NCBI GenBank assembly: GCA_050117845.1
Contig: JASFLY010000019.1
Location: 1 to 55,109 of the forward strand
Direction of reading: 5' to 3'
Length of the DNA: 55,109 nt
Source: Candidatus Zixiibacteriota bacterium
Lineage (GTDB): Bacteria; RBG-13-66-14; B26-G2; WVWN01
Shown: piece after piece, positions 18,496-27,217 of the stretch
How positions within the stretch are numbered: position 1 is the stretch's first letter
Layout of the letters: each line of letters starts with the position of its first letter
Made by a program: the position numbers and the translations under genes
Notes under the pieces: generated by a model
Database searches by the model: none
Seen by the model: only the letters and a program-made list of their open reading frames with translations
What the model was told of the DNA's origin: nothing

Positions 18496-19368
18496 TTATG
18501 AAGCGAAATAACTAAGGCCGACGATGCCCATCGCCGCCAGGATCACGACGATGGTGATGATTGTTATAACGATGGCGAGTATTACGACTATGGCGACGAC
18601 GCCGATTTTCTTGAGCGATTTCGTGACCTCTTTTTGGGTCACGGCGCCGCGCTCGTAGACGTTCTGGAAATTCGGGTCGTACTTCTCGCGAATCTTCGCG
18701 GCGTATTCGGCGGCGACGTCGCGGTAGGGGTAATCGAATGTGAGGTAATGCGTGCCGGGCTGGCGTTTTCCCTTGGGCGGCACGGCCTGAGACTCCGCCA
18801 CGGCGACGATGGCCTTCCACGCGGCGAGTTCATCCGTACCCTTCTCTTCCCATACGCGCAGGAGTTCGAGGCACGCCCCCAGGTTGGCCTCGTCCGCGAC
18901 CTCGCTCGCTTTTATACGTTCGAAGACGTCGGCCGCGAGGGTCCCGAGTTTGTCCGCCAGGGATTTCTCGAAGGCGGCGCGGTCCTCGCCGTCGTAATAT
19001 TCCAGCGCCATGTCCACGCACGACAGCACTTCGGCCGAGTCGAACAGGTCGTTCTCGATAAGGCCGGCGTACGCCCCCGACATCCCTTTCCCCAGCCATG
19101 CTTGGTATTCCCGGGGCGCGGTTTCCAGGATGCGATTGAAGTACTCGTACGCCCGGCGGTGGTTGCCGGCCTCGAGGGCCGCGAACGCCTCCTCGTAGAA
19201 CTTCTGGAGGTTGACGGCCTTCCCGGCGAAGACCTCGGCCGGCAGGAACGACGTGCCGCAGTACTCGCAGGTGAACTTGCCGGCCTCGGCCTTCCCGAGT
19301 TCGCCGCCGCACTTGGGACAGCGGAGAGCTATGAACGCGTTATCGCTCGTAAGTTCCGTATCGGGCAT
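18496..19368 (-). CDS. Zn-ribbon + TPR protein with a C-terminal transmembrane anchor (paralog 2)
   Basis: CPKCGG...CEYCG, TPR-like AYEYFNRILE..P....AWLGKG, and a long hydrophobic C-terminus preceded by KK. Confidence 0.8.
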   Translation of the reverse strand: MPDTELTSDNAFIALRCPKCGGELGKAEAGKFTCEYCGTSFLPAEVFAGKAVNLQKFYEEAFAALEAGNHRRAYEYFNRILETAPREYQAWLGKGMSGAYAGLIENDLFDSAEVLSCVDMALEYYDGEDRAAFEKSLADKLGTLAADVFERIKASEVADEANLGACLELLRVWEEKGTDELAAWKAIVAVAESQAVPPKGKRQPGTHYLTFDYPYRDVAAEYAAKIREKYDPNFQNVYERGAVTQKEVTKSLKKIGVVAIVVILAIVITIITIVVILAAMGIVGLSYFAS

Positions 19369-19413
19369 AAGGGGGTACCTCTCGCCCGGTCGTTGGCGAC
19401 CCGGGCCGGTTGA

Positions 19414-20262
19414 CTAATACGAACCGAATATCGCGAGCATGACGCAACACAATATGCAGATAACGACTACTGCGACGACTATAATGCCGATTATCAGCGC
19501 GGTCTTTTTGCCCTTGCCGGAGGGCGCCTTGACGGGTTCCGGTTTCTCTTCGGCCGGGGCCGCGGGCGCGGCGGCCTCGGCTTCGGCCTCGGCTTTTTCC
19601 CTGGCCCTCCGGGCGTCCGCTTCTTTTTTCTTTTTTAATATTTCCGCGTATTTCTCGGCCTCGGCGGCGTAGGGCCGGCCGCCCTCGGGCGTTTGGAATT
19701 CGGCGGCGATTTGGATGATTTTCTCCCAGGCGGCGGTTTTGGCCGAGCCGGACGCCTCCCAGAAAATGAGCAGGTCGAGGATTCCGCGGACGTTGACCTC
19801 GTTGACAAGGCCGCGCCTGTCCGCTTCGATATACAGAGCGACCGCCGCGGCCCCCATCCGGTTGGCGGCGTTGCGCTCGAACGTTTCCCGGTCGTCGCCG
19901 GCGTAAACCTCGAGCGCCTTCTCGAGGCGGAGTAGCGCCTCGTCCGCTTTAACTACCTCATCCTCTACCAGGCCCTTATATGCCCCGGCGATGCCTTTGT
20001 CGAGCCAGGCGTCGGCCTCGGTCGGAATTCGGTCGGTTATCCGGTCGAAGTATTCGTAAGCCTGGGAGTAGTCGCGGCGGGCGAGGGCGGCCCGGCCGCG
20101 CTCGTAGAGGTCGTCAATGCTATCGGCGGCCTCCTCGGCTTTTACTTCTTCCGGGCGGAGCGTCGCGCCGCAATATTCGCAGGTCACCTTGCCGGCGTCG
20201 GCCGGCCCCAGCGCGGCCCCGCATTTCGGGCACAGCGACGGCGTTGCGTTTTCTTCGGCCAT
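19414..20262 (-). CDS. Zn-ribbon + TPR protein with a C-terminal transmembrane anchor (paralog 1)
   Basis: CPKCGA...CEYCG, TPR-like repeat, Ala/Pro linker, KGKK, then a hydrophobic tail. Confidence 0.8.
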   Translation of the reverse strand: MAEENATPSLCPKCGAALGPADAGKVTCEYCGATLRPEEVKAEEAADSIDDLYERGRAALARRDYSQAYEYFDRITDRIPTEADAWLDKGIAGAYKGLVEDEVVKADEALLRLEKALEVYAGDDRETFERNAANRMGAAAVALYIEADRRGLVNEVNVRGILDLLIFWEASGSAKTAAWEKIIQIAAEFQTPEGGRPYAAEAEKYAEILKKKKEADARRAREKAEAEAEAAAPAAPAEEKPEPVKAPSGKGKKTALIIGIIVVAVVVICILCCVMLAIFGSY

Positions 20263-20330
20263 AATGACGCATCTCCTGTCGGGTAGCGCGGGTGGAACTT
20301 AAACGGCGGCCCGTTTTTCGGGCCGCCTGC

Positions 20331-20359
20331 ATATTAATATCTAAACAACGCTCTGTCAA
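20331..20359 (-). promoter_or_regulatory. Putative sigma70 promoter for the Zn-ribbon/TPR genes
   Basis: Minus strand TTGACA, 17-bp spacer, TAATAT. Confidence 0.6.
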
Positions 20360-20378
20360 AAGTTATTCCCAAAAGGCT

Positions 20379-21185
20379 TCACACTTCCGTCTTGAGTACC
20401 CCTTTGAGGGCGAACGCGGCCACGAGGGACGCGATGAAGAAGGTGAGGAGCCAGTGGACGCCCAGGCCGAAGACGGTATTCTCGCGCTCGGGGTAGCTTA
20501 TCGCGACGGCTTTCAAAGGGGCCGATACCGGCCTCTCGCCCGGGTTCATTAGCTGGCCCCAGATGCCGGAGGGTTTCACGGCGCTGACGCGGCCCGTGCC
20601 GTCCTCGCCGACGACGAGTTCCTTAACGAACTCCTTGCCGCCGGCCTTGACGACCAGTTCGTACTCGCCGGGTTTCTCGGGCCGGACGCGCCAGTCGGCC
20701 TCGCGCTTGTAGGGGATGCGGAGCGCTTCGGTCTCCACCGTGACGCCCGCCGGGGCCTTTAGCGTAACGTCGTCGTCCACTTCGCGTTCGAAGGTCGCCG
20801 ACACGACGACGGCCTCGCCCGGCCGCACGGGCGCCGGGCCGTAGCGCAGATTCAATTGCACCATTATCAGGACGACCGGCGGCAGTATGAAGACAATGGG
20901 GACGACGGCGTAACGAAGGTAACTCAGGTTGGTCCGGAGGACCTTTTTCTGGCTCTCGGCGACGACCCTCGCCTCGTCCTTGAATAGCCGCATCGCGAGC
21001 ATGTGGGCCTTGATGAGGTCGCGCGTCCGCTTGATGGCCCCCTGGTTCGACGCCGCCTTGAATATAAGGAGCATCGCGACGCCGGCGATTACCGAGATGA
21101 AGAGCAGGCCGCCGGCGGGCCACCATCCGAAGGGCCAGACCAGGAGGTCGAAAATCCGCGTTATTACGACGTTAATGTACCACAT
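20379..21185 (-). CDS. Membrane protein resembling DUF106/EMC3/TMCO1 (Oxa1 superfamily) with an inserted beta-rich soluble domain
   Basis: Order is amphipathic helix, TM1, charged coiled region (NQGAIKRTRDLIK...SQKKVLR), Pro-containing TM2 (VPIVFILPPVVL), beta-rich insert, then TM3 HWLLTFFIASLVAAFALK. CDS is secure; family is by-eye inference. Confidence 0.55.
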   Translation of the reverse strand: MWYINVVITRIFDLLVWPFGWWPAGGLLFISVIAGVAMLLIFKAASNQGAIKRTRDLIKAHMLAMRLFKDEARVVAESQKKVLRTNLSYLRYAVVPIVFILPPVVLIMVQLNLRYGPAPVRPGEAVVVSATFEREVDDDVTLKAPAGVTVETEALRIPYKREADWRVRPEKPGEYELVVKAGGKEFVKELVVGEDGTGRVSAVKPSGIWGQLMNPGERPVSAPLKAVAISYPERENTVFGLGVHWLLTFFIASLVAAFALKGVLKTEV

Positions 21186-21188
21186 AAT

Positions 21189-21374
21189 TTAGGAAATGTA
21201 ACCCAGGCCCTGGAGCCGTTTCTTTATCTCTTCTTCGTCGTCCGCGCCGTCGAGGGAGGCGAGGTCCCGCTCGAGGACGTGGATTACGAATTCCTCCGGG
21301 GAGCTGTACCCGCCGGCCTCCGCGGCCTTTTTGACACGGTCCCACAGTTCGCCGTCGATTTTTATTTTGGCCAT
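21189..21374 (-). CDS. Small ribbon-helix-helix (CopG-like) protein with an RLxxLGY tail
   Basis: KIKID (beta strand), helix, GYSSPEEFV helix; tail DDEEEIKKRLQGLGYIS; RBS GGAGG. Confidence 0.8.
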   Translation of the reverse strand: MAKIKIDGELWDRVKKAAEAGGYSSPEEFVIHVLERDLASLDGADDEEEIKKRLQGLGYIS

Positions 21375-21386
21375 ACTGCCTCCATC

Positions 21387-21493
21387 TATGTGGCGTCGGT
21401 TGTTCGCTTTATGTGGCGTCGGTTGTTACCGACCGACGCGACGGAGTGCTCTCTTTTTTCCCGCCGCCGTCAGATGGTAACATCTGACGGCAC
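21387..21493. repeat. Inverted pair of GTG-footed REP-like hairpins plus an 18-bp partial tandem duplication
   Basis: TATGTGGCGTCGGTTGTT occurs twice (21387, 21410). Hairpin GCGTCGGTTGTTACCGACCGACGC. GCCGTCAGATGGTAACATCTGACGGCAC (21466-21493) is a reverse-strand relative of 1308-1335. Confidence 0.75.
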
Positions 21494-21504
21494 CCGCGGC
21501 GCTC

Positions 21505-23487
21505 CTATTTGAATATGGGCTTGCCGGTCATGATGCCCGGGACGTCAAGGCCGAACTCGTGCAGAATCGTCGGGGCCAGGTCCCGCAAGGACGGCCTCTT
21601 CGCCGCTACGGGTTTGTTCGTGAACAGCACGCCGGGGACGTGGCCCGGGTCGATGCAGTGGTCGCCGGCCCACTTGTCCTCGCGCACCTTGCACACCTGG
21701 TCGGGGAACTCGGCCACCGCGGAATCGTCGGCCAGCCGGTAGCCCGGCGCGAAGCCGAGTATGAGTTCCGGCGCCTCGGCCGCGGCTTTCCCCCGGTACG
21801 ATTCCCGGGACTTGTACGCCTTGACCATGACGCGCTTGCCGGTTTCCTCGTCGGTGTAGGACTCGAGCTTGGCCGCGAGTTCGTCCGCTAGCGCCGGCGC
21901 GTCGCCCGGCTCGACGGAGCCCTGGGGCTCCCGGCCGCGGATGTTCACGTACAAGCCGTTCAGGCCGAAGCCATACGCCACCGTCCGGCCCCAGTCGATG
22001 TTGTCCAGGAATTCGGTCTCCTCGCGCCGGGACGGGTCCTTGAGCGTCAGGTATCCGTTGTTAAGCAGCCAGGTGTTGAGGTTGAACTCGCGGTAGAAGG
22101 GCGCGAAGCCGTGGTCCGATATTATAAAGAACGCCGTCTTGTCGTCGACCTTAGCGAGAACGCGGGCCAGCGCCCCGTCCATCTCGCGGTAATAGTGTTC
22201 GACCGCGCCTTTGACCTCGGGCGAGGCGTCGGGCTGGTAGAGCGGGTGATTCTCGTCCATAGTACGCCACATCATGTGCGTGTTCTGGTCGATGCTCGAG
22301 AAGTAGTAATAGAAGAAGCCGTCGTCGAAGTCGGCCAACGTCTCCTCCAGACAGGCCATCCGCTCCGCGAGGACGATGCCGCCCTGACCCAGGTACTCCT
22401 CCTCCTCGAAGACGCCGTGCGAGAGGGCCTTGGTGTCCTCCGGGAATCCCTGCGTGTAGTAGCGGCCGGCGCGCCGCGCTATCTGCCCCGCGTACTTGCC
22501 GGGGGTGCTGATGGGGAGCGCGGGGTCCAGCGGGTCGATGTTGACCGGCGTGACGTAGAGGCGGAAATGCGGCCTGACTTCCTTGAGGTAGAACCGCACG
22601 ATGCCGGCGGTGTCGGCCAGGGGGCCCGCGAGTTTGAAGCGGACCCGGTGCCACTCGCTCCAGTCTCCGCGGTTCAGCACCACCTCGCCGCCGTCCCACG
22701 TTATCTTCGCGATGTCGCGGGAGGGGTCGCGGTGGACCGTTAGGCGGAGCTTGGCCGGGGGCGCGTTCTCCTTGAATGTGTTGGGCGGGCCCGTGAGGTC
22801 GGCGGTGAACGTGTTGTCCCACAGCCGGACCGTTACGCACTCGCCGCCGGTGAACTTGTCGGCGTCGGCCGGCGGGTCGTCGGTGTAGTAGGTGAAGGTG
22901 CCGTAGGTGCCGCGAATGTCGGGCGTGCCCATGCCCGAGACGGTTCGGGCGTCGGTCTCGACCGGCGGGAAGTTCGAAGGGCACTTGAAGACCGTCGCCG
23001 GGACGTCGTGCTGCGCCAGGATGTCCCAGAGGCACGGGCCGCGGCGCAGGTTCTCCACCTTGCCGCCGGAGAGCGGGACCACGAAACTGCCGAGTTTCAT
23101 CGTCCGCGAGGGCGGCGACGAACGAGAGATGGAGAGGAAGGGCGCGAGCGTCTGCGGGTCGCGGTGTATAAAGTCGAAGATGCCGTGGACGCCGGGCCCC
23201 GCGCCGGTGATGAAATCCGACCAGGCGACAGGGCTCTGCGGCGGGAGGCTCGTGCCCAGCGGCACGAAGCTGTTATTCGCGATGAACTTCTCGAAGGTCG
23301 GCAGGGCGCCTCTCGCAACGAAGCGCTCTACCAGCTTCGGGTCCATGCCGTCGATGGCGAGAACTATAACTTTGCGGCCCAGGGCCTTCGGCTTACCGGC
23401 GCACGCTTCGAGCAACGGCGTCAGGCCGCCGGCGGCGGCCACCGCGGCGCCGGTGCCGGTCACTTTTATAAAATCACGCCGTTTCAT
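21505..23487 (-). CDS. Alkaline phosphatase superfamily (nucleotide pyrophosphatase/phosphodiesterase-like) protein, Tat-exported, probable lipoprotein
   Basis: Twin-arginine signal MKRRDFIK and LEAC lipobox-like site; AIDGMD, PPQSPVAWS, D-x-x-x-H (DQNTH), SDHGF and GDH metal ligands. Confidence 0.85.
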   Translation of the reverse strand: MKRRDFIKVTGTGAAVAAAGGLTPLLEACAGKPKALGRKVIVLAIDGMDPKLVERFVARGALPTFEKFIANNSFVPLGTSLPPQSPVAWSDFITGAGPGVHGIFDFIHRDPQTLAPFLSISRSSPPSRTMKLGSFVVPLSGGKVENLRRGPCLWDILAQHDVPATVFKCPSNFPPVETDARTVSGMGTPDIRGTYGTFTYYTDDPPADADKFTGGECVTVRLWDNTFTADLTGPPNTFKENAPPAKLRLTVHRDPSRDIAKITWDGGEVVLNRGDWSEWHRVRFKLAGPLADTAGIVRFYLKEVRPHFRLYVTPVNIDPLDPALPISTPGKYAGQIARRAGRYYTQGFPEDTKALSHGVFEEEEYLGQGGIVLAERMACLEETLADFDDGFFYYYFSSIDQNTHMMWRTMDENHPLYQPDASPEVKGAVEHYYREMDGALARVLAKVDDKTAFFIISDHGFAPFYREFNLNTWLLNNGYLTLKDPSRREETEFLDNIDWGRTVAYGFGLNGLYVNIRGREPQGSVEPGDAPALADELAAKLESYTDEETGKRVMVKAYKSRESYRGKAAAEAPELILGFAPGYRLADDSAVAEFPDQVCKVREDKWAGDHCIDPGHVPGVLFTNKPVAAKRPSLRDLAPTILHEFGLDVPGIMTGKPIFK

Positions 23488-25597
23488 CTGTATCCCCCTC
23501 GTCTCCTTCCGGCTCGGGCGGGAGTTCGAGCTCGAGCGGCTCGCCCTCGACGTAGGCCGGGACGCCCACGCCGAACAGGTCCAGAACGGTAGGAGCGATA
23601 TCTATCATACGAGGCCGGTCCGACGTTACGCGGGCGTTCGAGAAGAACACCCCAGGGACCAGTTCGCTGTCGATGCAGTGGTCCCCGGACCAGGCCTTCG
23701 TATTATCCTCAATTATACCACTACCGAAGCCGCCCGTAGCCGTGTTCCAGCTCGCCCGGTAGCCGTGGTTGAAGCCGACGACGAGTTCGGGGCCGTCGCT
23801 CAGGTAGGGGCCCTCGTATATCTCGGCGAGGTCGTACACCTTATTGACGGCCACGTCGCCCCGCGCCTCGTCGCGCAGGCCAGTTAGCTTGCCGACGATT
23901 TCGCGTTTGAGGGCCGGAACGTCCTCGCGGGCGACCGTCCCCTTGGCCTCGCGGCCGGCGACGTTGACGTAAATGCCGCCCAGACCCAGCGCGAAAGCCC
24001 GGGTCCGACTCCAGTCGACGCCGTCGAGCCACTTGCTCGGGCCGGCGCCGTTCTCGCGCACCAGGTACCCCTCGCGCTCGAGCCAGTCGTTCAGGTTCAC
24101 GCCGCGTTCGAACGACGAGAAGCCGTGGTCGGACATGACGACGAGGACGTCGCCGGGGGCCAGTTTCTCCACGGTCTTGCCGACCAGCTCGTCCATCCGG
24201 ACGTACATGTCGGCCAGGTCGTTTTTATGTAACTCGGTGTCCTTGCCGGCGTTGGCCGGGTGGGCCGGATTCAGATAACGGAAGAACATGTGCTGGATGC
24301 GGTCCGACGTGTCGAAGACGCAGGTTACCACGCCCTGGCGCGTCTTTTCCAACGCGTCGAAGAACATCCCCTCGCGCTCGTCGTGGTAGCGCCAGGCCTG
24401 CTCCAGGAATTGCCCCTCGTCGATGATGCCCTCGTTCAGCGCCCAAGTGTCCTCGGCCAGCCCCAGCGTGGCGTAGCGGCCCAGGAGTTTCGACAGATAG
24501 ACCGAGTATATATAAGGGTGGGAAATGGGCAGCGCCGGTTTGTCCGGGTCGATATGGATGGGCGTGACGTACATCTCGAAGGGCTGGAACGACTTCACGA
24601 GGAAGCGGGCGATGCCCTGCACCTTCACGCCCAGGCTCGCCGAGAACGTTACCGGCGTCCAGTCGGTATATTCGCCGACTTTGAGTTTTAGGCGGGCGCC
24701 GTCGAGCGTCATTATTACCTGGCCGTCCTTGCCCGGCCGGACGCGGAAGGGCACCGTAAGCTGCTTACGCTCGCGCCTCACCGGGTCGTCCGGGCCCAGG
24801 AGTTCAGACGAGACCTCGCCCTTCTCGTCGCGCTTGACGCGGACGCACTGGCCGCCCTCGGAGATGGCGGCTTCATCCTCCGCGTAGAACGTGAAGGTCC
24901 CCTGCGTCCCGAGCAGGTCGGGCACGCACATCGCCGAGAGCGACACGCCGTGGAACTTCTCCGGCGGGAAGGTGATGGGGACGCGGATGACGTTCGAGAA
25001 GACGCCGTGGTCGCCCAGGATTTTCCAGAAGGGCTTGCCGCGGCGCAGGAGTTTTATGGTCGGCTTGCCCAGCGGCAGGCGGTATTTGCCGAGGTTGAGG
25101 AAGCGCCGCGGCGGGCCGATGTGCGCGGACGAGAGGTCGGGCAGATAGGTCGCGCGGTCGCGGGTTAGGAAGTCGAAGATGTTGTGCCGGGCGGGCGATG
25201 CGCCCGTCTGGAAGGACGACCACGCCACCGGCGACACCGACGGCACCGTCGTCGCGAGGGGCTTGAAGGTCCCCTCCTCAGCCAGACGGGAGAAGTGGGG
25301 CAGTTTGCCCTCGGCCATCATGTCGCGCGCTATTTTGGGCGAAAGGCCGTCCAGGCCCAGGATGACGACGCGCCGTACGCGCGCCTTGGAATGGGCACGG
25401 CGCCGCTTGATGGCGCGAATAAGGCGCCGGAAGGGTAGCGTTAAAAACGCGAAGACGGCGAGGAGAAGGCTCGCGAAGACGGCGAAGAAGGACGTGACGA
25501 CGGCGAAGCCGGCCCCGGGGCCGACGTACCCGAAGGCCGCCGGCGCCAGAACGAGGGCCGCGGCCGCGACGAGCGTAAATTTTATTTTAGAAGACAT
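23474..25597 (-). CDS. Alkaline phosphatase superfamily protein with signal peptide, YVGPGAG motif and N-terminal TM anchor
   Basis: GLDGL, PSVSPVAWS, DRIQH, SDHGF and SGDH. N-terminus is a signal-like helix, YVGPGAG, a TM helix, then RRLIRAIKRRR. Confidence 0.85.
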   Translation of the reverse strand: MSSKIKFTLVAAAALVLAPAAFGYVGPGAGFAVVTSFFAVFASLLLAVFAFLTLPFRRLIRAIKRRRAHSKARVRRVVILGLDGLSPKIARDMMAEGKLPHFSRLAEEGTFKPLATTVPSVSPVAWSSFQTGASPARHNIFDFLTRDRATYLPDLSSAHIGPPRRFLNLGKYRLPLGKPTIKLLRRGKPFWKILGDHGVFSNVIRVPITFPPEKFHGVSLSAMCVPDLLGTQGTFTFYAEDEAAISEGGQCVRVKRDEKGEVSSELLGPDDPVRRERKQLTVPFRVRPGKDGQVIMTLDGARLKLKVGEYTDWTPVTFSASLGVKVQGIARFLVKSFQPFEMYVTPIHIDPDKPALPISHPYIYSVYLSKLLGRYATLGLAEDTWALNEGIIDEGQFLEQAWRYHDEREGMFFDALEKTRQGVVTCVFDTSDRIQHMFFRYLNPAHPANAGKDTELHKNDLADMYVRMDELVGKTVEKLAPGDVLVVMSDHGFSSFERGVNLNDWLEREGYLVRENGAGPSKWLDGVDWSRTRAFALGLGGIYVNVAGREAKGTVAREDVPALKREIVGKLTGLRDEARGDVAVNKVYDLAEIYEGPYLSDGPELVVGFNHGYRASWNTATGGFGSGIIEDNTKAWSGDHCIDSELVPGVFFSNARVTSDRPRMIDIAPTVLDLFGVGVPAYVEGEPLELELPPEPEGDEGDTDETA

Positions 25598-25618
25598 CTA
25601 TCGTTACCGGGTCGGCGG

Positions 25619-26902
25619 TTAGTATTCCGCCAGGATAATGTCCGCGAGGTCGGTTATGATAACGTTATCCGACGGCGGCGCCGCGGACCAGAAGACGGCG
25701 TCGTCGTAGGTGTGCATGCCGGTGAGGTTCGTTCGGGAGAAGGCCTCGGCCTTGCCGAGGTGGGCCTTGACGTCGAAGCCGGGATGCGCGACGGCGACCA
25801 TGTCGGGCCCCTGCTCGGCGTACGGGCCGGCGTACATCTCGTCCCGGTCGAAGATCCGCCGGAAGACCGGCCTTCCGTCGAAGGTAAGCGCCCGTAGGCG
25901 CTCGGCTATCTCGGCCTTGAGGGCCGGGACGTCCCCCGGCCGTACGTTCCCCCGGGGGTATTTCCCGGCGACGTTTATGTATATTCGGTTAGGGTCGAGC
26001 GCGAAGGCCCGCGACCCCGGCGCAATCGCCGCGAACGAGTCCTTCTTGTCCCCTTCCAGCGACAGGTAGCCCTCCTGGGCGAGCCAGGTGTTCAGGTAAA
26101 ACTCCTGGTCGACGGCGCAGAAGCCGTGGTCCGACAGCAGGTAGAACGACGCGCCGGCGCTCTCGGCCCGGTCGTACAGCTCGCCGACGAAGGCGTCTAC
26201 GTTTCGGTAATAATCCAGACAGAATTTATGCCGTGGGTGCCCCTCGTCCTCCAGCGCGTCCCAGAGGTAATGCTGGAGACGGTCGGTGCCGGTAACGACG
26301 AGTTCGAAGTAGTCCCAGTCCTCGTTGTCCCAGAGGTAGGCGGCGGCCTTGCGGCGGCCGTCCAGCGTGCTCACGAGCTGGCTCGCGAGGAGCTCGTGGT
26401 CCTCCCGGCATTTGACGGTATCGACGTCTATCTCGTAGCCGAGTTCCCGAAGGCGGGGCCTCAAGGCCGGTGGCATCACGGCGCGGTCGAAGTCGATGGC
26501 GACGAAGCCGGCGATAAGGACGCCGTTAACGGGCCGGGCGGGATAGGTCGACGGCTGGTTCACGACGACGGCCTTCTTGCGGACGCGGCCCAGCCGCTCC
26601 CAGATGGTCGGCGCCTTGACGTCGGCCGAACTTGTGAAGCGGAGGTCGTAGGTGCCGGGTTTGAGGTCGGTGAAGCCGAAGACGCCGTGGCCGCCGGGAT
26701 TCGTGCCGGTGGCGAAGGAGGGCCAGGAGACCGCGGATATCTCGGGAAGGGTGACGGTCATCCGGGCGAAGGGGCTGCGGCCGCCGAGTTCGGCGAGCCG
26801 CGGCATGACGCCGGCGGCGGTGAATTTCTCGACCAGCGAGTGGGGCATGCCGTCCAAGCCGACGACTACGGCCCGGCGTTTTTTCTTTCCGAATAGGCCC
26901 AT
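25619..26902 (-). CDS. Alkaline phosphatase superfamily protein, cytoplasmic
   Basis: GLDGM, PEISAVSWP, DRLQH, SDHGF and TGMH; no signal peptide. Confidence 0.85.
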   Translation of the reverse strand: MGLFGKKKRRAVVVGLDGMPHSLVEKFTAAGVMPRLAELGGRSPFARMTVTLPEISAVSWPSFATGTNPGGHGVFGFTDLKPGTYDLRFTSSADVKAPTIWERLGRVRKKAVVVNQPSTYPARPVNGVLIAGFVAIDFDRAVMPPALRPRLRELGYEIDVDTVKCREDHELLASQLVSTLDGRRKAAAYLWDNEDWDYFELVVTGTDRLQHYLWDALEDEGHPRHKFCLDYYRNVDAFVGELYDRAESAGASFYLLSDHGFCAVDQEFYLNTWLAQEGYLSLEGDKKDSFAAIAPGSRAFALDPNRIYINVAGKYPRGNVRPGDVPALKAEIAERLRALTFDGRPVFRRIFDRDEMYAGPYAEQGPDMVAVAHPGFDVKAHLGKAEAFSRTNLTGMHTYDDAVFWSAAPPSDNVIITDLADIILAEY

Positions 26903-26949
26903 ATCGATACCGGGGTGTGGTAGTTGAAAACGAGGTCCGTAAACCCTTA

Positions 26950-26978
26950 ATTATAATTTAAAATAGCAGGTATGTCAA
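26950..26978 (-). promoter_or_regulatory. Perfect-consensus sigma70 promoter of the AlkP operon
   Basis: Minus strand TTGACA-TACCTGCTATTTTAAAT(17)-TATAAT, about 48 bp upstream of ATG 26902. Confidence 0.8.
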
Positions 26979-27007
26979 ACCATATATAAAAATAAGGCCG
27001 GTTACGC

Positions 27008-27158
27008 GTAGGGGCGCGCCCCCGGGCTCGGCGGCCGAGGTTTTGGGCAGGGGGCTTAAGCCCCCTGTTAAACCTCGGGCCGACCTGAAGGTCGGCCCCT
27101 ACATAAAACGTCGGCCTTGTCGCAAAAGAGGCCGCCGTATGGTAGCATCCGACGGCAC
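27008..27158. repeat. REP-like palindrome cluster, near-copy of 1238-1303
   Basis: CAGGGGGCTTAAGCCCCCTG (27048-27067) then GGGCCGACCTGAAGGTCGGCCCCTAC (27077-27102), in the same order and spacing as at 1245-1299. A degenerate GTGCCGTC-type hairpin lies at 27134-27158. Confidence 0.78.
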
Positions 27159-27217
27159 ACAGGAAATAAAACGCCCGCCAAAAGGCGGGCGTTTCGCTAA
27201 GAGAGGAGGGGATAGTC

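Noticed and set aside
21387..21427. Mini CRISPR array (18-bp direct repeat)
   Set aside because: Only two copies with a 5-bp gap and no cas genes; the unit is part of a REP-like element.
21505..26902. Formylglycine-dependent sulfatases
   Set aside because: They lack the C/S-x-P-x-R signature and instead carry S-x-x-x-W with NPP-type D/H ligands.
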